Shown here: positions 55,098 through 63,655 of the stretch, in pieces
Layout of the letters: every line of letters begins with the position of its first letter
How positions within the stretch are numbered: position 1 is the stretch's first letter
DNA from: an uncultured Chloroflexia bacterium
Lineage (GTDB): Bacteria; Chloroflexota; Limnocylindria; QHBO01
Assembly (NCBI GenBank): GCA_963844265.1
Contig: CAWJMZ010000004.1
Location: forward strand, 39,942-103,941
Direction of reading: 5' to 3'
DNA: 64,000 nucleotides
Position numbers and translations under genes: made by a program
Notes under the pieces: generated by a model
Told to the model about the DNA's origin: nothing
The model's input: the letters and a program-made list of their open reading frames with translations, nothing else
Databases searched by the model: none

Positions 55098-55141
55098 ACG
55101 ATCGCAACCGACTGGAGGCTATCGGGTTTGGAGGACAGATA

Positions 55142-56602
55142 ATGCGAAGCACGGTCTCACGCATCGGTGTACTGCTCGCGATCCTGGCGCTGATCCTTGC
55201 CGCCTGTGGCGGCACGGGCGGCGAGTCGCAGGATCCGGCCAGCAGCGCCGGTGCTTCGGAGGGCGCCGCCGCCAGCGGAGACGCCAGCGGCGAAGTCGCC
55301 GAGATCAGGTGGTTCTGCTGCCTGGGCGCGGGCGACGACCCGGCACAGGTGGAAGTCGAGCAGGCGGTCGCTGACGCGTTCAACGAGTCGCACCCCAACA
55401 TCCATGTGACGCTCGAGGTCGTCGAGTACGAGGAGGCGTACGACATCCTCGCCGTCCAGCTCAACTCCCCGGATCCGCCCGACGTGGTCGGCCCGGCCGG
55501 GATCAGCGGTGCCGCGGCCTTCCAGGGCCAGTGGCTCGACCTCCAGCCGCTCGTCGACTCGACGGGGTATGACCTGTCGCAGTTCTCCGAGGGCTCGGTC
55601 GACTTCTACCGCAGCGAGGAGTTCGGCCTCGAGGGCCTGCCCTTCGCCATCTTCCCGTCGATGCTCTATTACCAGCGCGACATGTTCGACGAGGCCGACC
55701 TCGAGTATCCGCCGCACGCGTACGGTGACCCGTACGTGCTCAACGGCGAGGAGGTCGAGTGGAACTTCGACACGCTGCGTGAGCTCGCGCTGCTGCTGAC
55801 GGTGGACGAGAACGGCAACGACGCCACCTCGCCCGACTTCGACCCCGAGGCCATCGTGCAATGGGGTTACGAGCCGCAGTACCAGGATCTCCGGGCCCAG
55901 GGTTCGTACTGGGGCGCCGGCAGCCTGGTCGCCGAGGACGGCACCACGGCTCAGATCCCCGAGCAGTGGGGAGATGCCTGGAAGTGGTTCTACGAGGGTG
56001 TCTGGACCGACCACTTCATCATGAACGAGGCCCAGGCCCAGGATCCGACCATCGGAGCCACGGGTAATCCCTTCCAGTCCGGCAACGTGGCCATGGGGCT
56101 CAGCCACCTGTGGTACACCTGCTGCGCCACGGCGGCGGACGAGGAAGGCAACTTCGTCGACGATCCCAACTGGGACATCGCCGCCGTTCCGGCGAACGAC
56201 GGCACCGTGACCGCCAATTTCAACGCGGACACGTTCCGCATCCTCGAGGCCAGTGACAATCCCGAGGCGGCGTTCGAGTTCCTGACCTACCTGCTGGGCG
56301 ACGCGTCCGGCGAGCTGCTCCAGCTCTACGGTGGGCTTCCCGGCCGGGAAGAGGACCAGGACGCGTTCTTCGAAGGTCTTGACGAGCGGTGGACCCAGGG
56401 TGTCGACTGGCAGGTGGCACTCGACGGCATCGAGTTCGTGGACAACCCGAGCTTCGAGGCGTGGGTACCCAACTACCAGGAGGCGTTCGCGGCCATCCAG
56501 GCCAAGCTGACGGACCTCCGAAGCACACCTGATCTCGACATGGACGCGGAGATCGCAGCCTTCGAAGAAGAGCTGCAGGGAATCTTCGACCGAGCCGAGT
56601 AG
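55142..56602 (+). CDS. ABC transporter solute-binding lipoprotein (carbohydrate family)
   Basis: GGAGGA lies upstream. The signal peptide has the lipobox LILAA-C. The mature protein is a typical large Trp/Tyr/Asp-rich sugar-binding protein. Confidence 0.92.
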   Translation: MRSTVSRIGVLLAILALILAACGGTGGESQDPASSAGASEGAAASGDASGEVAEIRWFCCLGAGDDPAQVEVEQAVADAFNESHPNIHVTLEVVEYEEAYDILAVQLNSPDPPDVVGPAGISGAAAFQGQWLDLQPLVDSTGYDLSQFSEGSVDFYRSEEFGLEGLPFAIFPSMLYYQRDMFDEADLEYPPHAYGDPYVLNGEEVEWNFDTLRELALLLTVDENGNDATSPDFDPEAIVQWGYEPQYQDLRAQGSYWGAGSLVAEDGTTAQIPEQWGDAWKWFYEGVWTDHFIMNEAQAQDPTIGATGNPFQSGNVAMGLSHLWYTCCATAADEEGNFVDDPNWDIAAVPANDGTVTANFNADTFRILEASDNPEAAFEFLTYLLGDASGELLQLYGGLPGREEDQDAFFEGLDERWTQGVDWQVALDGIEFVDNPSFEAWVPNYQEAFAAIQAKLTDLRSTPDLDMDAEIAAFEEELQGIFDRAE

Positions 56603-56612
56603 GCCATCCTCG

Positions 56613-56646
56613 GGGGCCTGGCCATCGTCCGCGATGGTCAGGCCCC
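56613..56646 (+). terminator. Strong intercistronic stem-loop between the binding-protein and permease genes
   Basis: GGGGCCTGGCCATCG-tccg-CGATGGTCAGGCCCC forms 15 bp with one G-U pair and a UCCG tetraloop. There is no U-tract. Confidence 0.55.
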
Positions 56647-56683
56647 TAACCCCCTCCCTCATGTCCGATCGGGAGATGCAGTC

Positions 56684-57634
56684 ATGAGCATCGTCGAACA
56701 GACCGGGAACGAACTGCCGAAGGAGGCATCTCGCCTCTCCCTTGCTCAGCGCGAATCGCTGTGGGGCTTCCTGTTCATCAGCCCCTGGATCCTCGGCTTC
56801 CTGCTCCTGACCCTGATCCCGGTCGTGGCCACCCTGGTGTTCACGTTCCTCAACCTTCGCCTGAACCAGCAGACCCCGGTCCGCTTCGTCGGGCTCGAGA
56901 ACTACGCCACGCTGCTCGAGGACCCGCGCGCCTGGGAGGCGCTCGGGGTGACGCTCCGCTTCGCCCTCATCGCGTTACCCGTCGGCCTCGTGCTGCCCTT
57001 CGCCATGGCCATGCTGATGAACAGCAAGCACCTTCGCGGCTCGCGCATCTTTCAGGCGCTGTTCTTCATGCCGTACATCATCCCGTTCGTGGCGGCCCTC
57101 TTTGCCTGGGGAAGCATGCTCAACGGCGAGCAGGGCTGGCTCAACGGGCTGCTCGGAGTTTTCGGAGTCGAGGGCCCCGACTGGCTCAACGATCCGACCT
57201 GGATCTACCCCGGCCTGGTGGTCATCGGCCTGTGGGGCATCGGCAGCGCGATCATCATCAACCTCGCCGGGCTCCAGAACGTGCCGACCGAGCTCTACGA
57301 CGCGGCCGAGGTCGACGGGGCGGGGTTCTGGGGCAGGCTCCGTCACGTGACGATCCCGATGATGTCGCCGGTGATCTTCTACAGCCTGGTGCTGGGCACG
57401 GTGGGCGTGATGCAGTACTTCCTGGTCCCGCTCGTCCTCAACAGCGGCACCGGCAGACCGGCTGGCACGACGTACTTCTTCAACATCTACATCTACAACA
57501 CCTTCTTCACGTTCGGGAACGTGTCCTACGGCGCCACCCTGGCATGGTTGCTGTTCGTCGTGATCCTCGTCCTGACGCTGCTGCTGTTCTGGAGCGCACG
57601 GTTCTGGGTCTACTACGCGGGGGAGACGAAGTAG
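56684..57634 (+). CDS. Carbohydrate ABC transporter permease (MalF-like)
   Basis: GGGAG lies 8 nt upstream. It has six TM helices and the EAA-type loop YDAAEVDGAGFWGRLRHVTIP. Confidence 0.93.
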   Translation: MSIVEQTGNELPKEASRLSLAQRESLWGFLFISPWILGFLLLTLIPVVATLVFTFLNLRLNQQTPVRFVGLENYATLLEDPRAWEALGVTLRFALIALPVGLVLPFAMAMLMNSKHLRGSRIFQALFFMPYIIPFVAALFAWGSMLNGEQGWLNGLLGVFGVEGPDWLNDPTWIYPGLVVIGLWGIGSAIIINLAGLQNVPTELYDAAEVDGAGFWGRLRHVTIPMMSPVIFYSLVLGTVGVMQYFLVPLVLNSGTGRPAGTTYFFNIYIYNTFFTFGNVSYGATLAWLLFVVILVLTLLLFWSARFWVYYAGETK

Positions 57635-58732
57635 ATGGCCACCGAGGAGCTCGCTGCCCCGCAGCTTCCCGCGCTCGACCTGGATGCGAAGCGGGAGAAG
57701 GAGGGTCGACGGAGGGTCGACGGCCGATCCCTGCTCGTCACGTCGTTCGCGATCATCCTGCTGGCCTTCTTCCTCTCGCCACTGCTGAGGACGCTGACCC
57801 TGTCGTTGAAGTCGGCGGACCAGATCACCACCATCGGTGCGCCGATCTGGCCGGCCGACCCGGGGTCGTTTGAGTGGGAGGGGGAGACGTACGACGTCTA
57901 CCTTGTGCCACTCCCCGACGGCACGACCAAGGAGCTGGCCCTCGTCGATCCGGGGCGCCAGGAGAGCGGCTTCATCGACCCGGCCGACCCGGAGGCCGGA
58001 ATCGTCACCTGGCAGGGCTCGTGGCGCTCGCTCGAGCAGCCATGGGAGTTCGCGCCGCAGTGGGGCAACTTCGCCGAGGTGTGGACGCGAATCAACTTCC
58101 CCCGCCTGATGTTCAACACGATCGCGCTGGCCGTGATCGGCGGGTTCGGCACGATCGTCTCGTGCACGCTGGTCGCTTACGGCTTCGCCCGATTCCGGTT
58201 CCCCGGCCGCGGGCCGCTGTTCCTGCTGTTGCTCTCCACCATCTTCCTGCCGGCCGCCGTCACGCTCATCCCGACGTACACGATCTACGTCCAGCTGGGA
58301 TTTGTGGGGACGTGGTTACCGTTGCTCATCCCGGCGTTCTTCGCCAACGCGTATGACGTGTTCCTGCTGCGGCAGTACATGCTGACCATTCCGCGCGAGC
58401 TGGACGATGCCGCCAAGATCGACGGCGCCGGCCCGTTCCGCATCCTGTGGTCCATCATCATTCCGCAGTCCTGGCCGGTGATCGTGGCGGTCGCCGTGTT
58501 CCACCTGGTGTACTCCTGGAACCTGTACTTCGAGCCGCTGCTGTACCTGTCCACCGCCCCCGACCTCCATCCAATCTCGCTGGGCCTGTCGAAGTTCAAC
58601 GACATCTACGGCTCCGAGCCGCAGTACATCCAGGCCGCGACGCTCATGACGCTCGTGATCCCGATGATCGTCTTCTTCCTGGCCCAGCGCGCCTTCATGC
58701 GGGGCATCGTGATCACCGGCGTGGAGAAGTGA
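57635..58732 (+). CDS. Carbohydrate ABC transporter permease (MalG-like) with an enlarged first extracytoplasmic loop
   Basis: The EAA loop is LDDAAKIDGAGPFRILWSIIIP. A loop of about 105 aa lies between TM1 and TM2 (nt ~57788-58108). Confidence 0.92.
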   Translation: MATEELAAPQLPALDLDAKREKEGRRRVDGRSLLVTSFAIILLAFFLSPLLRTLTLSLKSADQITTIGAPIWPADPGSFEWEGETYDVYLVPLPDGTTKELALVDPGRQESGFIDPADPEAGIVTWQGSWRSLEQPWEFAPQWGNFAEVWTRINFPRLMFNTIALAVIGGFGTIVSCTLVAYGFARFRFPGRGPLFLLLLSTIFLPAAVTLIPTYTIYVQLGFVGTWLPLLIPAFFANAYDVFLLRQYMLTIPRELDDAAKIDGAGPFRILWSIIIPQSWPVIVAVAVFHLVYSWNLYFEPLLYLSTAPDLHPISLGLSKFNDIYGSEPQYIQAATLMTLVIPMIVFFLAQRAFMRGIVITGVEK

Positions 58733-59391
58733 CCGATGCGCCGCGCGTCGCCCTGACGTTCGACGCCGAGCACCCGGATCGACCCCACCATGGCCAGCAC
58801 GCGGCCTGGGTGCTCGACGAGCTGGCACGGCTGGACGTGCGGGCCACGTTCTTCCTCCAGGGCCGATGGGCCGAGGCCTTCCCGACCCTGGCGCGCCGTA
58901 TGGCCGACGAGGGCCACCTCGTCGGAAGCCACACCTTCTACCACGCCCGCGTGCCGCTCCTGACGATGGAGGGCTTCGAGGAGGACCTGCGCGAGGCGGA
59001 GCGCGTCATCGTCGAGACGGCCGGAGTGGACCCGAAGCCGTGGCTGCGCTTCCCGTTCGGTGCCGGCGCAGACGACGCCGGCATCGTGGGTCGCCTGCCG
59101 GGCCTGGGCTACCGCCATGTCGGCTGGGACGTGGAGCTCTACGAATGGGACCCAGGGCGGTCGGCGGACGAGATCGCCGAGCAGGCGGTGCAGGGCGTGG
59201 AGGCGCGCGGTGACGGCGCCATCATCCTGTGCCACACCTGGCCGGACCCCGTCGCCCCATCGCTGGCCGAGATCGTCACCCGGCTGCGGGATCGCGGCGC
59301 CGTGTTCGTCGGAGTGGACGAGCTCGACCTGCCCGACGACCTGTCGCCGATCGGTACCCCGCGCCCGCCCGTGGCGGCTGCGACGGCGTGA
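58729..59391 (+). CDS. Polysaccharide/chitooligosaccharide deacetylase (CE4, NodB-type)
   Basis: The start overlaps the permease stop by GTGA. It contains ALTFDAEHPD and GSHTFYH (H-x-x-x-H metal motif), plus RFPFGAG. Confidence 0.88.
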   Translation: MTDAPRVALTFDAEHPDRPHHGQHAAWVLDELARLDVRATFFLQGRWAEAFPTLARRMADEGHLVGSHTFYHARVPLLTMEGFEEDLREAERVIVETAGVDPKPWLRFPFGAGADDAGIVGRLPGLGYRHVGWDVELYEWDPGRSADEIAEQAVQGVEARGDGAIILCHTWPDPVAPSLAEIVTRLRDRGAVFVGVDELDLPDDLSPIGTPRPPVAAATA

Positions 59392-60377
59392 GCCGGCGGC
59401 GCCCAGCCGTCCTGGCCGTCGACGGAGGCAACTCGAAGGTCGATCTGGCCCTCGTCTCGCGCTCCGGTGAGCTCCTCGGGCTCATCACCGGGCCAACGAT
59501 CTCGCACCAGCAGGTCCCGATGGAGGTGGCGACCGCGCGCCTCGTCGACCTGAACGCGAAGGCGGCCCGCGAGGCGGGCGTCGCGCCGCATGCGGAGGTC
59601 GGAATCTTCTGCGTGGCCGGGGCCGACTTTCCGACCGACGTCCGCGCCCTCGCGGCGGCGTTCGCGGGCAGCGGCGTCGCCGAACGCGTGTCGGTCCACA
59701 ACGACGCCTTCGCCGCACTGCGCGCCGGCGCGCCCGACGGATGGGGCGTCGTGGTCGTCTGCGGCGCCGGCGTCAATGCGGCGGGCACCGGCCCCGATGG
59801 GCGAACGGCGCGGTTGGCGGGCATCGGCGACCTGTCGGGGGACTGGGGCGGCGGAGAGGGGATCGGCCGCGAGGCGCTCGCCGCGGCGGTCCGGGCGCGC
59901 GATGGACGGGGGCCGGCCACCGCGCTCGAGCGTCGTGTCCCGCAGCGGCTCGGGCAGCAACGGCCGATCGACGTCGCTCGCAGGATCTACGAGGGTGCGA
60001 TGAGCGACCGCCGTCTCGAGGAGCTCGCGCCGCTCGTGTTCGAGGTCGCCGCGGAGGGTGACGCGGTGGCACGCTCCATCGTCGACCGGCTGGCGGACGA
60101 GCTGGCGGCGATGGCCGGCGCCATCGGCCGGCAGCTGCGCGTCGCGCGGCTGGATGTCGACGTCGTGCTGACCGGCGGCGTCTTCCGCGCGACCGACGAG
60201 GCCTTCTACCGGCGGATCGAGGCCGGGGTCCATCGGCGGATGCCGCGCGCCCGGCTCGTCCGCCTGCGCGACCGGCCGGTGCTCGGGGCCGCGCTCATCG
60301 GCCTCGACGAGCTCGGGGTTCCGCGCGGCGGCGCCGCCGAGCGCCGACTGCGACGGGAGTTCCGCGCGCTGGGGTGA
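59388..60377 (+). CDS. BadF/BadG/BcrA/BcrD-type ATPase, N-acetylglucosamine-kinase-like sugar kinase
   Basis: The start overlaps the upstream stop by GTGA. It contains LAVDGGNSKVDLALV, VVVCGAGVNAAG and DWGGGEGIG. Confidence 0.85.
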   Translation: MSRRRPAVLAVDGGNSKVDLALVSRSGELLGLITGPTISHQQVPMEVATARLVDLNAKAAREAGVAPHAEVGIFCVAGADFPTDVRALAAAFAGSGVAERVSVHNDAFAALRAGAPDGWGVVVVCGAGVNAAGTGPDGRTARLAGIGDLSGDWGGGEGIGREALAAAVRARDGRGPATALERRVPQRLGQQRPIDVARRIYEGAMSDRRLEELAPLVFEVAAEGDAVARSIVDRLADELAAMAGAIGRQLRVARLDVDVVLTGGVFRATDEAFYRRIEAGVHRRMPRARLVRLRDRPVLGAALIGLDELGVPRGGAAERRLRREFRALG

Positions 60378-60408
60378 CGGCGTCGCCCGATGGGCCTAGG
60401 CTCGGCGC

Positions 60409-61364
60409 ATGAGCTCCGAGGAGACACGCGACGGCGTCGCCCTGACGAACCTGGATCAGCCGCTCTTCGACGGGGCGGAAGCGACGAAGCGCGATCTGGT
60501 CGAGTACCTCGACGCGGTTCGTGACCGGATCCTGCCCGAGCTGGCGGACCGGCCGCTGTCGGTGATTCGGGTGCATCGCGGCCAGGAGGCCTTCATGCAG
60601 AAGAACGTGCCGCGCTACACGCCGGAGTGGGTGCGCACGGTCCGCCTCTGGTCGGAGAGCTCGCGTCGCGACGTGGACTACGCGCTGTGCGACGACCGGC
60701 GCACGCTCATCTGGTTCGCCAACCAGCGCGCGGTCGAGTACCACCCGACCCTCGTCCGCGCCGAACGTCTCGAGAGCCCCACCCATCTCGTCATCGACCT
60801 CGATCCGCCCGACGCCGATTCCTTTCCATGGCGGCGCAAGCCGCACACCTCGTGCGTGCCGCCCTTGCCGAGGTGCATCTCGATGGCGCGGTGAAGACGA
60901 GCGGATCGAAAGGCGTGCACGTCTACGTGCCGGTCGACGGCCAGCCGTCCATGGCAGACGCGGCCGCGGCCACCCGCGCGATCGCCGAGCGGGCGACCCG
61001 CCTCGACCCGCAGATCGCAACCACGGCCTTCATGAAGGAGGACCGAGGCGGGAAGGTCTTCATCGACGCGACGCGCGTCGGGTGGGCATCGGTCATCTCC
61101 GCGTACAGCCCGCGGGTGCGACCGGGCACGCCCGTCTCGTTCCCGGTCGCCTGGGACGACCTCGACGCCGTGTCGCCGCGCGAGTTCACCATCCGCACTG
61201 CCGTCGGCCACCTTGGCGATGGCGACCCGTGGGCCGAGCAGCTCCCGGCCCCGCAGAAGCTGAGCCCGGCGCTCATCGAAGAGGGCGCGTCGATCCCTGG
61301 GGGCCGGGTGCAGGCCATGCACGAGGGGAAGCGGCGGGCCCGCGCGGCCAAGAACGATCACTGA
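60409..61364 (+). pseudogene. Stand-alone LigD-type polymerase/primase domain gene interrupted by a frameshift near 60818-60830
   Basis: The N-terminal part is in frame 1 (60409..~60825) and runs to ...HLVIDLDPPDADSF. The C-terminal part is in the -1 frame (from ~60822) and reads MAAQAAHLVRAALAEVHLDGAVKTSGSKGVHVYVP...FIDATRVGWA...SAYSPR. Together they form one contiguous PolDom-like sequence. Confidence 0.8.
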
Positions 61365-61446
61365 ACCGCGCGAAGTGCGCCTCTCCTTCACCGATCCACC
61401 CGTAGCACGGGCCAGACTGCGCAGCGCGTGGGTCCGGAGCGTCGGT

Positions 61447-61460
61447 TGACCCGCCCCACG
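61447..61460 (+). repeat. Intergenic motif TGACCCGCCCCACG, copy 1
   Basis: It is identical over 14 nt to the copy at 61484-61497, 37 nt away. With its flank, it matches the reverse complement of 12863-12877 over 15 nt. Confidence 0.6.
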
Positions 61461-61483
61461 AGCCAGCGAGCGAGGACCGGCTC

Positions 61484-61497
61484 TGACCCGCCCCACG
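61484..61497 (+). repeat. Intergenic motif TGACCCGCCCCACG, copy 2
   Basis: It is an exact direct repeat of 61447-61460. Confidence 0.6.
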
Positions 61498-61555
61498 GGT
61501 CTACGAACGCGGGAACAGGCTTCAGCTGAGCTCAATGGCGAAGAACCCGGCGCTC

Positions 61556-61600
61556 CTACATGTTGTGGTACCATCGACCGACATACCACCACTGGTGTAG
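61556..61600. promoter_or_regulatory. AT-richer patch with imperfect inverted repeats just upstream of nrdR
   Basis: CTACA..GTGGTA (61556-61570) faces TACCAC..TGTAG (61584-61600). The right arm contains the 11-bp palindrome CACCA-C-TGGTG (61587-61597). Confidence 0.3.
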
Positions 61601-61621
61601 TCCGCAGCAAACGGGAGATGC

Positions 61622-62083
61622 ATGCGCTGTCCGCGATGTGAGGCGACGGGGACGCGGGTCATCGATTCGCGCGACCTCGAGAACGGGAGCACGATTCGCC
61701 GCCGACGCGAGTGCGAGGCGTGCACGTACCGGTTCACCACCTACGAGCGGCCGGAAGGCGCGCGGCTCGTCGTCGTCAAGCGAGACGGCAGCCGCCAGGA
61801 GTTCGACCGCGAGAAGCTGCGCGCCGGCCTGCTGAAGGCCCTGCAGAAGCGTCCGGTCACGCTGGATCGGGTGGAGGCCGCGGTCGATGACATCGAGGCG
61901 GCGCTGCGCACGCGCGGCGACGCGGAGGTGCCCTCCACCGAGGTGGGCCGACTGGCCACCGATGCGTTGCGCGAGCTCGACCAGCTGGCCTATATCCGGT
62001 TCGCATCGGTCTACCACGCGTACGACGATATCGAGACGCTGCAGCGCGAGGTGGATCGGCTCATTCGGCAGCGCGAAGAGTAG
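61622..62083 (+). CDS. nrdR: Transcriptional repressor NrdR
   Basis: MRCPRC...[16 protein letters not shown] is the zinc ribbon, followed by an ATP-cone ([16 protein letters not shown]). Confidence 0.96.
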   Translation: MRCPRCEATGTRVIDSRDLENGSTIRRRRECEACTYRFTTYERPEGARLVVVKRDGSRQEFDREKLRAGLLKALQKRPVTLDRVEAAVDDIEAALRTRGDAEVPSTEVGRLATDALRELDQLAYIRFASVYHAYDDIETLQREVDRLIRQREE

Positions 62084-62106
62084 GCGCTCACCTACACTCG
62101 CGGCAC

Positions 62107-62691
62107 ATGATCCTGTCCGACCGCGACATCCGCGCCGAGATCGACGCCGGCCGGATCGTCATCGAGCCGTTTCTGGCCGACGCGGTGCAGCCCTCCAGCG
62201 TCGACCTTCACGTCGGCAACCGGTTCCGGGTCTTCCGCAACAACCGCACCGCGGTGATCGACCCGCGCGAGGAGCAGCCGGAGCTCACCGAGCTGGTCGA
62301 GATCGCCGGCGACGAGCCGTTCATCCTCCACCCCGGAGAGTTCGTGCTCGGCGCCACCCTGGAGCGCGTCGGATTGCCCGATGACCTGGTCGCCCGCCTC
62401 GAAGGAAAGAGCTCGCTCGGACGGCTCGGGCTGCTCATCCACTCCACCGCCGGGTACGTCGACCCCGGCTGGGAGGGGACGCTCACCCTGGAGCTGTCGA
62501 ACGTCGCGAACCTGCCGATCAAGCTGTATGACGGCATGAAGATCGGGCAGATCAGCTTCCAGCGCCTGTCCTCGCCGGTGGAGGTCGGATACGGCGATGC
62601 GCGGATCGGGTCGAAGTACCGCGGCCAGACCGATCCGACCGCCAGCCGCTATCACGCGGACTTCGAGCGCGGGCGCGTCGTGCGGACGTGA
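62107..62691 (+). CDS. dcd: dCTP deaminase
   Basis: Contains [38 protein letters not shown] and LELSN. TACACT lies 8 nt upstream of the ATG. Confidence 0.95.
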   Translation: MILSDRDIRAEIDAGRIVIEPFLADAVQPSSVDLHVGNRFRVFRNNRTAVIDPREEQPELTELVEIAGDEPFILHPGEFVLGATLERVGLPDDLVARLEGKSSLGRLGLLIHSTAGYVDPGWEGTLTLELSNVANLPIKLYDGMKIGQISFQRLSSPVEVGYGDARIGSKYRGQTDPTASRYHADFERGRVVRT

Positions 62692-63566
62692 CGGGGGCGC
62701 TCCACGAGATCGGCGAGTCTCGCCGATTCGCCGGCGGTGTCACGGTTCGCGTCGTGCGCGCCGGCTGGTTCCGCCCCGACGCCGGCGGCTTCTTCGGCGT
62801 CGTGCCCAGGCCGCTATGGAGCCGCCTGGTCGAGACCGACGAGCGTGGCCGCCTGCTGTGCCGCCTGAACCTGCTGCTCATCGACGCCGGCGGGAAGCGG
62901 ATCCTGGTCGAGACCGGCACGGGGTCGCGCATGACGGACAGGGACCGCGACATCAAGGGCGTTGAGGGCGGCGAGCCGGCCGTCGCCCTGGCGGCGGTGG
63001 GGGAGGATCCAGCATCGATCGACTTCGTCATCGTCAGCCATCTCCACTACGACCACGCCGGCGGCATGCTGGGACCGGACGGCGGACCGTCGTTCCCGAA
63101 CGCGCGCTACGTCGTGCAGCGCGACGAGGCCGAGGCCGCCCACGGCGACGAGCTGCGCGTGCAGGGAATCATGGAGGTCGAGCAGCTGGACGTCGTGCGC
63201 GCCGCTGGCCAGCTGGCCGAGGTGAGCGGTGAAGTCGAGCTGGTCGAGGGCGTGCGGGTCGTCCGCACCGGCGGTCACACCCGCGGGTCCCAGGCAGTCC
63301 TGATGGGGTCCGAGCGCGGCGGGGGACGGGCGGGCGACCCGACAGAGCGCGCGATCTTCTGGGGCGACCTCATCCCGACGCGCTGGCAGGTGCCGGTGCG
63401 CTGGACGAGCGCCTATGACGACTACCCAATCGACGCCATCGAGATGCGCAACGAGCTCGTCGGCCGCGCGGCATCGGAGGGCTGGTGGTCCTACTTCACG
63501 CACGACCCCGGCGAGATGCCGGTGCGCATCGAGGCGACCGACAAGGGCGGCTATCGCGCAACCTGA
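62688..63566 (+). CDS. MBL-fold metallo-hydrolase
   Basis: The start overlaps the dcd stop by GTGA. It carries the HLHYDHAGG zinc motif and GGHTRGSQ. Confidence 0.85.
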   Translation: MTGALHEIGESRRFAGGVTVRVVRAGWFRPDAGGFFGVVPRPLWSRLVETDERGRLLCRLNLLLIDAGGKRILVETGTGSRMTDRDRDIKGVEGGEPAVALAAVGEDPASIDFVIVSHLHYDHAGGMLGPDGGPSFPNARYVVQRDEAEAAHGDELRVQGIMEVEQLDVVRAAGQLAEVSGEVELVEGVRVVRTGGHTRGSQAVLMGSERGGGRAGDPTERAIFWGDLIPTRWQVPVRWTSAYDDYPIDAIEMRNELVGRAASEGWWSYFTHDPGEMPVRIEATDKGGYRAT

Positions 63567-63655
63567 ACGGGCGTTCGACGCTGCTCGCGACGAGCGGTAG
63601 GATGGAGTACGCCACTCCGAAGCCAAGTGACTTCGTCGAAAGGACGTATCCCTCA

